DNA from: Octopus bimaculoides | Taxonomy: Eukaryota | Direction: 5' to 3' | DNA length: 64,000 bases | Assembly (NCBI RefSeq): GCF_001194135.2 | Contig: NC_068989.1 | Location: forward strand, 4,938,297 to 5,002,296 | Part shown: one piece after another, positions 40,277-54,560 of the stretch | How positions within the stretch are numbered: the stretch's first letter is position 1 | Layout of the letters: each line of letters begins with the position of its first letter | Notes under the pieces: model-generated | The model's database searches: none | Told to the model about the DNA's origin: nothing | What the model saw: the letters and a program-made list of their open reading frames with translations, nothing else | Translations under genes and position numbers: made by a program

Positions 40277-41639
40277 TATAAGTGAACTCATCCAATTTGT
40301 TGCTATAATCTATTTATTCTTTTTTTGGCATGCCATCAGTAACGACAATGAGGTTTCCAGTTGATCTGATCTAAGGAACAGCCTGCTTGTGAAATTAACA
40401 TGCAAGTGGCTGAGCACTCCACAGACACATGTAACTTTAATACCAAAAACTCCATCCTGTCTTCCAAGAAATTTCGGCCATCAATATTCAATAAAGACCA
40501 CAGCCAACTACGTAACGCTTCAACAAGGGATGCAGTTGTGTGATGAGGGCCAGAGAGACAGGACTGCTCTTGCCTAAATTAGAATGGAATTGGCAATATT
40601 TCATTGTTGCAGATGTACAGGAAACCCTAACAGCTACAACAATGCTATCTAATCATTAGTTGGTGGTCTGTCATTCATGCATCACCCTACAAGAGAGTGA
40701 GGGTTTGAATTAGGAAGCTCCCATCTAGACCGACATTGTAACTACAGTTAGGGGGTCCATCACAGTCTCGCTATGTGATTGGTCACTAACTCCAGTATTT
40801 CTGCATCCCTGTGCACTACTTGCTTTCTTCTTTTACTGGACACAAAAAGTCAAAAAGAGAAAGAAGAGTAGATAATACATAGATGCTAAACTAGTATAAA
40901 TTATATTTTCAAGGGAGAAAGTGATGCGTGCACATAAAACTCACTCTCTTGCTCTTAAGCCAAGTGGCAAGATAAAGGTAACTGATCAGAGAATGTAGGT
41001 GACTGCCAAAACAGCTGAAAGGAACTCCTAACATTGCATAACCAGTTAACTTGGTATGTGTCCAGGTTAAAAAAATATCACATCATATATTTGTCCTGCA
41101 TCATGGCTTCTAGCCTAGCAAGAGGGTATGTTGCCATGTGGATCAACTGTCTCTTTGGCTGTCACTGTCAACATCAAAGCTGTGAAGATGGAGGTTATTT
41201 CTTCTAAACCATGTTTCAATGAAATGCAAACATGCCACTAACAATACTCATGCATATTTAATGTGCATATCTTTATCTTTCATCTTTTACTTGTTTCAGT
41301 CATAAGACTGTGGCCATGCTGGGGCACTAACTTGAAGAATTTCAGTTGAACGAATCAGCCCCAATACTTATTTTCTTTATTAACCCCCCTTATTGTATCG
41401 GTCTCTTTTATCAAACCACTAAGTTACAAGAACATAAACACACCAACACCAGTTAAGCAGTAGTGGGGCTCAAACACAGACACAAAGATACACACATACA
41501 CACATATACACATATAATGGGCTTCCTTCATTTTCCATCTAACAAATAGGATGACAGATGGGGCAATATATAGACATTAGTAAGTGAGAGACAAATAACA
41601 AAACTACTAGGTGTTAGAATCACGGCTATGATTAGTTTA

Positions 41640-41792
<153 letters not shown>

Positions 41793-42905
41793 CTATGATT
41801 AACGGTATTCAAAGCTGTTCGATCTAATATTCAAACATTGTGTGCCCCAACCTGGACTGTAATATACAAAGTGTCCTTAAGAAAATGGATATGATTAGAG
41901 GGAGATTTAGCATCTATTTCTAGGAGGTCAATTGACCACATAGAAACTCTCTTAGTTGCTCCCTCTTGAGGAAGTTAGGAGAAACTTGAAGGGCATGTAT
42001 CACATTTTACTTGGTTCTCTACATACAACTGGTAACACAAAACCTTGAACCATTGATCTATTCTTAAAATTACATTTGACGTTGTTAGTTCAGTCTTTAA
42101 AGTTTAAAAGTAGCCCATTTAGAAGCAGACTTTATCTACCCAAAGTACTGTGTACATTAAGAATGTGTAAACAATCATAGAAGTTGAGTAAACTTCATGA
42201 TTGTTTATTCAAAACTCTGATGTGGCCTGGTATTTCCTTTCAACGCTTACCTATGTTAACTATGCTTTGTATTTCACTTTTTTGAGGTCTGACAACCCTA
42301 AATTCTAATCAATGTGTATCCCCTAACTTCAGACAGACACCCAAAAATAAATCTCTATGGTCTCCAAAGAATAAGAATGAGGAAATGTGGTATAGGAAGA
42401 GGGAAAAAGTGAATGATGCTATTTTTAAAAATTAATCACTTGTAAGATAAATAAAGGTGGTGAAAAGCAATAAAGCACTACTATTCTCCTCTCTGTAAGA
42501 TGAAAATTGCAATAAAACACTCTAAAACTGGAAATAATATTCGTTGTGTTTCATATATAATTAATAATATATGTTGTCAATACAATAGAATATATTAAAC
42601 ACCTTTATACAACTCAATATCAGGTGAGCGAGTGTGTGTATACATTGTGTTTCTTTTATCTTGTAATTTGTTTCAGTCACTGGATCATGGCCATGCTGGA
42701 GTAGTGCCCCAAAGGGTTTAAGGCAAACAAATCAATCCCAATACTAGTGTTTTTTTTTTAAGTGTGGTATTTATTTCACTCGTCTCATTTGCTGAACCGC
42801 AAATAAAAATTATCTACAGGAGGGTGTTCACAGTGTAAAAGCCTTTCCAACAGCTAAACGATGAAGTAAGAACCAAGATTACTCTCTAATATTTCTCTTC
42901 TTAAT

Positions 42906-43470
42906 AGAGCTATGCTAGTGGAGTGCAGGTTCCTCATAGGGCCTCTCATGTTGGACAGGTAAAAGGACAGAGGCCAGACAGATGTGAACCACCTGTTCCC
43001 GGAAGTAAAAATGGGTTTGCAAGGGGATAAACCTCCCCTACTTCAGGAAGGCCACCAAATGACTTTTCTCCTCCGTTCTCAGCTGTCTTTCCTACTCCTC
43101 TCCAGCTGGATCCCTGCTTTTATTGATCTGCCTCAGTAACTCTGCAGCTTTTTAGCTTTTCTTTATATGTTTTCCTGAGGTTTCGTTTTTTTTAAATGAT
43201 CGTCAATGCTTCTGTAACTTTGCTTTTTCCTGAAGTAGGGGAGGTTAGCCCTATGCAAACCCATTTTTACTTCTGGAAAGAGGTGGTTCATATCTGTCTG
43301 GCTTCTATCCATTCATCTGCCCAACATGAGAGGTCCGATGAGGAACCCGCACTCCACTGGTATAGCTCTCAAGGTCATTGGGGCATGCAAGCCACCACAC
43401 TGCAACAAAGACGGGACCTTGTGGTGGCAACAAAGACTGGACCATGTTGAGGGGTAATGCAGAGGAATGT
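42906..43470. mobile_element. Inverted duplication of an RTE-LINE-like 5' segment; same family at 1-150
   Basis: Arms 42906-43049 and 43227-43369 are reverse complements; gagagctataccagtggag...cctctcatgttgg resembles RTE/Expander 5' ends (recall, not searched). Confidence 0.55.
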
Positions 43471-44160
43471 AGTGAAGTTTCACTACCACTACCACATACC
43501 TACAAATCATTAGTATTTACATACCAGCTTCCAGGAATGCATTTAATATGTAAAATTGGTATATCCAATAACTATACACCACTGTATATACAGTGGCTAC
43601 TTAAGCAATGTGTTCAAGGATGATTAATGAGTTAGATGGGTGCTGATGAAGGGGGGAAAAACCCCTGAGATATGGCATATACACCCATTACCCATTTTTC
43701 ATCTTTGATCTCATTGTTTGTTTGCACTTGATGTCTCGTATACAAAATGTAGTAATGAAAGTCAGTGCTGGCTATCATTTCTATAGAATGACTGTGGAGA
43801 TAACCTTATCAAGTAATGTAAAAGTGCACTGCTAAAACAGTAGAATGAGGTATTGACTTGTAAAACGTTTAATATACTTTTAAGTTTATTATGGTCGCAT
43901 AACAAAATACCACATGCCTACAAGTCATTAGTAATAACAAGACAGGTATAGCTACTACTAACAACTCCTGTACAATCCCACAAGTCTCAAAGACCCTACA
44001 AAGTTGGTTTTAACACTGCCCTTCCTTCTACAAGTCATAAAATGTTCCAATGTGATCTATAGTGAAGCACCTAAATATCATTGTGCTTTCATTTAAATCA
44101 TTTTGTAACAGTAGAAAACTATATGAACTAGCAAATGAAGAATGCAAAACGGTAGCTTAC

Positions 44161-44186
44161 CCATTGATTCCAACTTTGGGTGCCAT
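44161..44186 (-). CDS. GAPDH: GAPDH first coding exon (MAPKVGING)
   Basis: catttctacAG|aaaATGG context, GG|GTAAGC donor; the nine exons sum to 1002 nt = 333 aa plus stop with all phases matching. Confidence 0.93.
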
Positions 44187-45571
44187 TTTCTGTAGAAATG
44201 AATAAAAATCAAAATTAAAATAATACAAAATCAATAAGTAATTAGCCAATAAAATACAAAAAGGTAAACAAAGAACGTTTTTAATTGGAAATCATTTGTT
44301 TTATTAGAATGAAAGGCAGACTGTATGATGTTTGTGTGAGAACAGCCATAAAACCTTTGCCAAAATAGAACAGAACTTATTGCAGCTCCCCAGCTTACCA
44401 GTTTTCAGTCCAACAGTCCAACCCATGCCAGCATGAAAAGCGGACGTTAAATGATGATGATGATGATGATGATGATGATCAGTAAGGCACTGTAAGGGCA
44501 ATGAATTGGAAGAATAAGTAAAGCACTAAGCAAAATGCCTGATGCTGTCCCTTGGTTCACCAGCTCCTATAAAACATCCAAAACCATGCCAGCATATAAA
44601 AAAATCAGACATTAAATGATGAGGATGACAACATGAAAGTTGAAAATATAATAATTTGATGAGGGTTATTGGAGCAGCAGGATATTACACTCCAAGATTT
44701 GTTGCCTTTCTCTTAAAATATCCATAGAGGAAGGAAATGTCAACTAAAGTTGTTGAGGTGAAGTCAGAATGACAACTTTACCACTTTCATTACCACAAAG
44801 TACATAAGGAAAACAGCCAGCATATGAAGACAGCACAATCATTAAACCTATCTTTAGTAGGCTGTGACTCCGAAAATGTTTATCCATATCAGCACACCTT
44901 TACGGTCTATGTATGTCACACAAACACGAAAACAAACACAAAAGCAGAAACACACAGCTGTAAAATATGCACAAACACGCACACACGGATGTTTATTAAT
45001 CAAACTCACTTGATTAGACAAACAATACAGCCCATAGGTGCAGAGACATTCACAAACACACACAGGCAACAGCACACATGGATACAGACAGATAGACATA
45101 GAAGTACATACTTCCTGAGAGACACCCACAAACAAGCACAGAAGCAGCGTATGAAGAGAAACACACACACACATATTCACACAGACTTTAAATATTTTAT
45201 AAGCTTCACATTGATATTGACTAGGAAGGTTAACATTCTAAATACATCCACCTACTAACCGTCAAAAGTTCTACTTTATCAAGTTGGTTATTAATACTCT
45301 GTTCTCACCACCAACCCCATCTGCACAAAGTTAGTCAAACTCAACAACTGATAACCTTATCCTTAATCTTAACATTTATAAATTTTATTAACCTTTCTTC
45401 AATATACCCAAGGTCAGAGTTTCAGCTCCACCACTACCACCACCACCACTACTACTACCACCGTAAAAGCTTCAATTTACTTGAATCTTTACAACTGCAT
45501 TGTCATTCTAAATGAGGGTTTTTAGGTGGAGTGGGGGGTTAACAAGGGTGAGAAAAACAAAAGGTGAGCAG

Positions 45572-45610
<39 letters not shown>

Positions 45611-45639
45611 AGAAAGGACAAACCCACATGCTCAGTGCA

Positions 45640-45686
<47 letters not shown>

Positions 45687-46594
45687 AAGCTCCCTTACAG
45701 ACTTTAAATGAAATAAGGGTTCATATTTTTAAGTTCAAAATTGCAGGTAGCATGTGCATTCAAATAAAATAAATGAAGTGGTGAAGTTCAGTCAAAACTA
45801 ATACATGCAACATCTCAGTCCTACCCAGTTTAACACCATCCTGAGTAGAGCAGTTCTCTCTGTTGCAAGCTTTCTCTTTCCTTGGACCATGTTTCTCGAG
45901 CAGACATTTTCACGTACAGGTTCCGCAGGGTATCAGCGGCAACAGTCTCACCAGTCTCAGAGGGATGGTAAATGCCTTGGGCATCATCCCTCCTCTATTG
46001 ACTAAATACATCATTATTTAACATCCATTTTCCTTACTGGTACAGATTGGACAGTTTGAGAGAATTTGAAGAGCCACAGGGTTGCATCAAGCTTCATTGT
46101 CAGCTTTGGCATGGTTTCTACAGACGAATGCCCTTCCTAATGCCAACTACTTTACAATATATACCAGGTGATTTTTATACAGGGGTGGGAGGAGGTAAGT
46201 GACTAAGTGGTTAGGGTGGTGGACTCATGATTGCAAGATTGTGTTTTCAATTCTTGAACCAGGCAATGTTTTAAAGGGAATTTTTCTATTATATCCAGCA
46301 AAATAAATAGCCATGTATCAGATGAAGCAATGATATAAGTTGTATAAGATTATGATATAAATAGCAAATGTGTAACAGTTTTCTCTACTAGAGAGTGGAA
46401 GAAAGATATAATCTTTAGTGAAACATAAAAGTCATTTAAACTGAGTTGAGAAAGTGGAGAAAGATATCTTACTTGGCAGTGGACACAGTTTCACAAGTCT
46501 ACAGCTGATAGCAATAGTGAAGGGAGCACAATCTTTGTAATTATATATACATACAATGTATGTATATATTATATTTAATAGGTTAGAGTGTTAA

Positions 46595-46641
<47 letters not shown>

Positions 46642-46736
46642 GATGAAAAAGAGACAATTAAAAGAGAAAAGAAAATGAAAAAGACAAAGGAATGAGAGGT
46701 AGGTGTATGGGGCAGAAAGAAAGTGTGTGACATGAT

Positions 46737-46772
<36 letters not shown>

Positions 46773-49700
46773 AAGCAACAGTGAAAGAAAAGCATGATAT
46801 ACAAATATAGACAGAGAGATAGATAGACAGATATGTGTGCATACATGGATGTATGTGTGGGTGGGTGTATGACAACCAGAGAGAGAGTATGCATGCTTTT
46901 GGTAAATCAACCCCAATTAAAGTTAGATAATAAAGAGGAGGAAGATCTAGATAAACAACCACACAATTAACAATAAGAATATGTCACCATGATAATAATA
47001 ATAATAATAATGATAATAATAATAATAATAATAATGGTTTCTTACCTCACACAACCTACCTACCCATTCTTTTGCATGCACACAGACACACACACAAACA
47101 CAGACACACAAAACCACTACTAGACTACTTTTACATCACTTAATACTTTTCCAACACACCATTTGAAGTTTTATACTGAACTGATAATACTTTTAGTCAC
47201 CCACCCCCCACACACATAGCTTTAGTCTTTAATAACCTCCCCCACTCCCCACTAAGACTCTTCTTCTCACCCCACAGCTCTGGTGCATGTCAATAAAAAC
47301 CAACAAAAGAAAGACAGTTCTTGAAAAGAATTCCATGCAGGCAATTAGTCCATTCTAAGCCACAATGGAGAGAGAGAAAGAGAGAGAGAGGGGAGATAGA
47401 AAAGGAAGCTTAGGAATGGAGACAAATGTTTGAAACAGAATGAAGAAAGAAAAGACAAGAAAAAAGGAATTAACAAGAAGAGTAGGGAAAGACAGAAAGG
47501 TGAGCAAAAGAAGGTAAGAAAGTAGCAGATGGAGAGAGAGAGAGAACAATAGATAGATTTCAAGCACCAGCTTTTATTACCATCTGCACTGGTGAAAGGG
47601 AGAGGGGCTGAAATAACCAACCTTGGTATAGAACCAACTCAAGATTACAGCTGATGGTACCACCATACCTAGTTCAAGCAACAATAGGTACCATCACAAA
47701 CCTGCAGTACTCTATATCTTGCAACATCATCTGCTCCTCCACAAGTGAATTTGTCAACCATCCACAGATCCCCAAAACACCACCATACGACTGGCAAACA
47801 TAGCCACCATCTACAATACATTCCACTACAAATCTGAAAACCATCCACGGTAATCTTCTCTACCAACTAGAAAAACAGATGCGTTATATAAGATTAATTT
47901 TTGAGGATGTGATCAAAGACTTTTTAATTTTAAAAAAAGCAGGAGAAAATGTTTGAAATATAAATAAAGTGGAAGTATACAAAACTAAACATTATTTTCC
48001 ATCTTACTATTAGTTTTGTTTCATTTTAAAAAATTAAAATTCATTTTATGGTTAATTAGTGTTCATAGTTTGAATTACATATATATGAGGCAATCAAGAT
48101 CTTTTAAGAGCTTAGGGCCTCTCTGTGTCTTAATCCTGCCCTGCTTTCATCCTACACCATCACAAACCCCGACCAACAACTTCATCAGTCAAAAAACATG
48201 AGCAAGTAGGAGAAAAATTCAATGGGATACATAGATGCTAACCATTCCAGCTGTTCATGTTTTACTGCAGACTTCTTTAAAACAGTGGTTAGTGTGTGGG
48301 AGATGATCTATTGATGATAGTGGTGGTGGATGATGTGATGATGTTGAGGATAATGGGGTGGTTGTTACTGTGCTAACGTAGGAGATTATACTGTTGATTG
48401 GCATCATAGTGGTTGAAGATCGTGGTGGTGGTGGTGTTGGCTATATTTAACCAATCCTAACATCCCTCATAACAACACTCCCACACACACCTGTTCACAC
48501 TGGGTCCAGGGATGGGGGTGGGGAATAGAGAGAGATCAATGAAGTTAATAATCATTATACATGTGCACAGACACCGTGTAGATGTGCATGTAATTACAGA
48601 GTATTATTGGCATGTTATATTTGTCAAAACAAATATCTATTACAGCTTATCCCTTACTTAATGACAATGATGAGTATTACAAGTTGAGTAGGCAGAGAGA
48701 GAGGTGAAGGAAGAGGAGCCAATGCCAATGAAGTAACACATGGAGCAAAGGAGAAACAGAATTAGGAAGTGGAGAAGAAAGAACAGCATCTGCAACAAAA
48801 AGACAGCAGAGAGAGGAAGAAGAAAAATGGTTAACAAAAAATTCAATTACATTTTATTTATTTCAAATATCTTTTCCCACAGTGGTTGACTTTTTGTGAT
48901 CTCCTTGCCCTTCACTATCAAAGGCTCTTGATAAGAACCCCATTAAAGCTTATTTGGTCTTTATCTACAGAGAAGTTATGAAACCGATAGAGAGCAAAGT
49001 TAACCATTCAAAACACCCTGAAGCAAACTACAGCCGCAGAAGGAGTTGGAAATGAAGCTGTTGACAAGATTACTAAAAGTGGTTCTGGCTATTTCTCAAG
49101 AAAGAGAGAGAGAGATTTTAGTGTAAACATTGCTAAAACTACTTTTTAGCAAAACAATGAGGGGGCCTTTATGCAGACAGTTGCAAGAAATAGCAGTTAC
49201 AACTCCCTCAAACCACACCCTGTTATCTTAGATAAGCAAAGACAAGTTTCATAGATATATTGGTTCAAATTTTGGCACAAGGCTAGCAATTTCATGGGAA
49301 GGTGTAAGTTGATTACTCCAACCCTAGTGCTCAACTGTTACTTATTTCATCAACCCTGAAAGGATGAAGGCCAAAGTCAACCTCAGCAGTATTTGAACTC
49401 AGAACATAAAGACAGACAAAATGCCACTAAACATTTTACCTGGCATGCTAATGATTCTGCCAGCTCACCACCTTAAGTTTCATAGATATATAAAAGATGG
49501 GACGGTCATTGCTTGAACATCTCTGATCACAGATTTTCTTCATTGGAGCAAACTTGGGGCTAAAATACAAGCCATTACCTTGAATAAACATGCACAGCTA
49601 ACTACATAAAGTAGAATATTGGTTTATCAGTCAAACAATTAGTGGATGTATGAATGTATGAATGCATGTATGCCTGTAACTAGCTAGACAGACAGACAGA

Positions 49701-50225
49701 TATGTGGTAGATCATGGGCACAACACAACTGATGTCTATGACCAAGACACATCATTCTCACCCAGAATACAACTCACTGCAAGTAGCTACCATGATACCT
49801 TGAGACGAAACAGTAGCAAGACTTCCCTAAAATCACATCCAAATATCTTAATGAAATGAAATTACACATAGGATAATGTAACCCTAGATGCACTATAGCT
49901 GGTAAAAAAAACAAAAGGATCATCATGGCTATATTCAGAGGGTACTTCATTGATCAAGAGTGATCTGAGACTAAACGACAAGAACTGGTTGTATCAACAT
50001 ACAACAGGACTATGAGCAAGGAAAAAAAACTATCACTGTTATTATAGTATGATTCTGAACTGACAATAATAATAATAATAACAAAGATGAATAAGGGTAT
50101 ATTAATAACAAAAACTGTTGATTTATCAAAATTACTTCTGCTTCCAGAATGAATGTGTGCAAAACAACCAGAAAACAAAAAAAAAAATAGCTTCTTTTCT
50201 TAAGGGTAATTTTTATATTTATTTT

Positions 50226-50425
50226 CACTTTAGCATTTAAACCAGCCATATCTGGCTCAAATATTCTACCTGTTTTATGTTCTAACCTACCAGATTTGGC
50301 ATATCACACCTACTCTACAATCTCATCATCAAAATCTTGAAGCTATGAGATAAGGCATGGTTAGTTCAAGACAATGTGAATAAATAAACATCACATTTGA
50401 CAAGAGTAATCTGAATGCTAAAGGG
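50226..50425. mobile_element. MITE with (c)ctttagcatt...aatgctaaaggg termini (piggyBac-like ends)
   Basis: Terminal inverted repeat visible; TTAA-type target site degenerate. Confidence 0.5.
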
Positions 50426-51108
50426 TTCAATAAATACAAAATCTCACAGTCAAAAAGTGCTGTAACATATTCTCTTTGCATATCTAACATCAGCATTAAT
50501 TCATTGAGATTCCTGCAATGTTGTCAAACAAATGCACAAACAGAGAAAACTTGATGCACTTTTTCCATCACTTTCTTCTGTGTCATCACCATCATCTGCC
50601 TCGTCTGATAAAAGAGGAAAATCAGAAAAATTGCTGTATACTGACATTTTTAGAGCAAGAAATAAACCACACAGTCAGATTTCTTTTGTTACTCCAAGAA
50701 TCTGATGGTAGATAAATACTCAAAAAAATACCCTCATATGAGGGAGCAAAGAAGAGAATTATGAAATACTGGTCCTATTTCAGTGGTTCTTGGAGATCCA
50801 ACAATGCTTGTGGTTTCTGGGACCAAATGCTTTTACTGTTGACATGAATAAATCTCAACTGTAATTTACTATAGAGAATCCAGGTATCACACATACATGC
50901 ACACACACACACACACACACAAGGACATATAACAAAAGTCATTTGTACATTAGTGTATATTTACTTAGCAATCAACAACTGTTGACCTCCAAGCAAGTTG
51001 TGGCATCTCTGCTTTCCTTATCATAGTAAGCTTATCCATTAAACTTTTATGTATGTACATAAATGTATGTTACTATATATGCTTGTGTGTGTGTGTGTGT
51101 GTGTATGC

Positions 51109-51160
<52 letters not shown>

Positions 51161-51701
51161 TAATATGTATCCATATGTGTGTGCATGGAGGTTGTCTAAA
51201 TAGAAACATGGATATATTTACAACACACTCACATATAGATAACTACTTACTCGCACACACACGTATTATAAATTTACAAATACATATGCACATACACCAC
51301 AACAGACTCACACAAGTCCAAATAATTGAATGGATAAGTTATAACACACAAGCATATACATAAAAGAGACCTGTTGTTGCTGCCTTGAGTAAATTGTGGA
51401 AGAATCTAGACAACTGTACACTTACCAAGTATTAACACTCTAAGACCCAATGACTATGTTCTTTCTTGCAATTTTTTAAAATTACACTTTTAAATAATTT
51501 AGTCATTCAGCTATCAGATTGATTAAGTCTCTTTATATCAAAGACCAATCCCATTTTTGTTTGATGGTCCTGTCAATGTAAGAATGTTACACACACATGG
51601 TCTTGTTCTAAACAAACCTGGGGACAAAGTGATTTTGACAATCTTCATCCCGGTACTGGGTTTCGGAATTTGAAATGTGAACAAAGATTGCCAATTATTC
51701 G

Positions 51702-51796
51702 CTGACACAGTTCTTAATTATTAACTGGCGCAGTTCTTAATTATTAACTGACACAGTTCTTAATTATTAACTGACACAGTTCTTAACTATTAACTG
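51702..51796. repeat. Minisatellite, 23 bp x4 (ctgacacagttcttaattattaa)
   Basis: Direct tandem units. Confidence 0.9.
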
Positions 51797-52491
51797 CTAC
51801 CATAACATATATAGTTTCATAAAAGAATTCAGAGAAACAGTTGGTAAGTACTGAAATGGTCAGTTTTATTATCTTTAAATGTTAGATTTTATTCTTTACT
51901 CTGTTTAAGACTTTCTTCCTTATAATCTGACCATGAAGATAGACTTACAATTTATAGTCAACCTGACCCCTCCACCACACATATTTTTTTGTCTATTTCT
52001 TTATTTTGTATTATGATTATTATTGTATTTTGTCTGTCACTATATCTATAGGTTTAGTTTTGTCTGTAAACTGTTGAAAACAACACATCACTTTGGGTAA
52101 GCATTCTTACAGAGTGAAATGACAGTAGGATCTAATGAAGAACTTATTTAAACAATCACCTGAGGTGCATCTTACACCTTGAATGGCTGATAATGATTAC
52201 ACAACATCTCACCAATATATTACAAATGTAAAAATGTGCTGAAACCATTGTTGTGATTTTAAATAAAAAATTTTGTTTGTTCCATTTTCTATCATTTATC
52301 TATTTATATAAACTCCACAGTTACTATGGAAGGAATTCCCTGATGAATATTCAGTAGCAGGAACATTTCCACTGTATGATGACATCAGGTAGCCAATAAC
52401 TGTGGACGAGCTTTGCATAGCATTCTACAAAGTTTTTGACCCAAATCTTAGCGAGCATGTGTGTGTGTATAGGTATGTATATGTGTGTATA

Positions 52492-52693
52492 CAATAATCC
52501 CTTGTCATATCGCAGTTTATTTAAGCTTACGTTGATTCCTCAAAGGTGTTGTTTTGCATTTATAATAAAAATATATACAAATTATAAATATAATAAAAAA
52601 ATATATAGTACATTACTGCTCCTACTTCGCAGATTTTCACCTATCACACAAGGGTTTTGGAACGTAACACCCACGATAGTCAAGGGATTACTG
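52492..52693. mobile_element. Tigger/pogo-type MITE, second copy
   Basis: caataatccct...agggattactg, TA flanks; internal sequence shared with 40067-40276. Confidence 0.75.
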
Positions 52694-54039
52694 TATATTG
52701 ATTACATATCTTTTATATCAAATTATAAAAGGTTATGACACTTCCCTGGAAATCTTTGGAGAAAAGCTGTTATTCACTGACTTCTCTAGAGTAAAGATTA
52801 TTTGCCAACATAACATGGCAGTCCTGGTTTAGGATGAATGTTGTTGTAATTTAGCCCAAGGAGACACCGTCTCCAGCTCGCTATATGACACAACCTCTGT
52901 CCTTATGACAGTAGGATCCTACTGACTTCTCTGTCTTGTGATATCCAGAAATGTCAGTGGATAACAACTTTTCTCCAAAGATTTCCTGGAGAGGGGGCTG
53001 TAACCCTGAAATATTGAAATACCAGTTGAAACTATCAATCTGTATTACTCTATAATTTGCACTGTTTTGGCATAGTGGTTAGGGTGTTGCACTCATGATC
53101 ACTAGATTGTGGGTTCAATTCCCTGACTGGGTGGCACATTGTGTTCCAGAGCAAAACATTTCATTTGACATTGCTCTACCATCACTTCAACATCTAACAC
53201 GGGGCACACATGAGCACCTATACAGACGCCAACTTGATTGCGGGATTGAACTTTTGTAAACACAAACATTCGTTCACTATAAACTAAACATCTGTGTTAT
53301 TCAGCAAGAAACTGTGGACCCCTGTCTGCCATCTAATGATAGAAGAGTTCATAATATATACATATGATGACAATGATAAATATATGTATATACGTATGTC
53401 TATATATATAAACATGAGCATATATATAAAGATTCTTCTATTTTTCCTGAGTATTAAACTAATACACCAGTTTGTTGTTTTCTGTAAATTTGAATTATGT
53501 GTGTGCGTGTTTGTACATTATATATATATATATATACAACACATACAAATGTTTTTATATATATATATAAACATGTGCATGTGTGTATATGCATTATTTA
53601 TATACACACACACTACTAGAAATGTTATCTCTTAAAGATATATCTATCAAAATTCTATTCCCAAAACCTAAAGCTAATATATTTTTAATTCAATTTATCA
53701 AGTTAATAAATATTATATAAACAACTTTATAGCCAAATATTTGGCACCAGTTATTTGCATTTCTGTTTATGCTTGTTTACCAAATTCCTTATGTAGGCAC
53801 ACGTGGAATGCCTTTTTAAAAACAAACAGATAAATATATTCTAACACAGATCTGAAAAGTACATGTCCTCCCATTTTTAAACTGTTTACTCACAAAGTTA
53901 AAAATGACATGCGGTCAGTTAATAAAAGTACAACCAGACATAGTACACTTCAATATTGCCCCAAAGTTAAGAAGTTCACTTCAAAATCATGAGGTTATAG
54001 GTTTGATCACACTACCTGGTACCCCTTTAACAAAGGCGA

Positions 54040-54560
54040 TGTGAAGAGGATGTCAGGTGTTATGCCCACCTCCCAGCCCTATTTGCAACAGCAAAAGACT
54101 GGGAACTGCAAGTCAGCCTGGCGAAGTAGCTGAAGTTTTCAGAAACTGTCATGTCAACATCACTAAGACCAGGCATGGTACTGAATCAAAGGCATCTAAG
54201 CCGGTGGTTCCGTTAGAACTTTCCTGAGAGGACTGCATTTAGAAGACTATAATGAGAGAAAAAAAAGTAATATGCTGAGTGAACCTGTGAAGCTATGCTA
54301 AAGCAATGGGTAGCGAGTATGATCCTATTCAGGTGGGATACAGAGAATTCACAGCCAATCCCTCTGCACAGCTTACAACATGCTGGGCATCACAGGGACC
54401 AGTAGGCAGGAGGCCATCAAGCTGGCTATGGAGGCAACAGAGGTTGCTTCAAGGTGGCTGTAAATCAGATGTGAGCCCTGGTAGAGGCAATGCTACCAAG
54501 GGTAATGCTAATTGAACACAAGCTGGGACTTGATTAACCCTGGGTGGGTCAACTGAATGA
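54040..54560 (+). mobile_element. 3' fossil of an RLE-endonuclease LINE (HERO-like)
   Basis: Frameshifted translation ALFATAKDWELQV...TSLRP(G)MVL...VV.LEL...PIQVGYRE...AYNMLGITG...EVASRWL matches the RPD / ELTVP / EVG.RG layout; internal stops. Confidence 0.7.

Noticed and set aside
47571-47866. Minus-strand exon-like block with AG acceptor and GT donor
   Set aside because: All three frames hit stops before the donor and no recognisable motif.
48950-50900. Plus-strand peptide-like stretches (GNEAVDKITK; KQRKLDALFPSLSS)
   Set aside because: Short, interrupted by stops, not linkable by splice sites; possibly transposon debris but unassignable.
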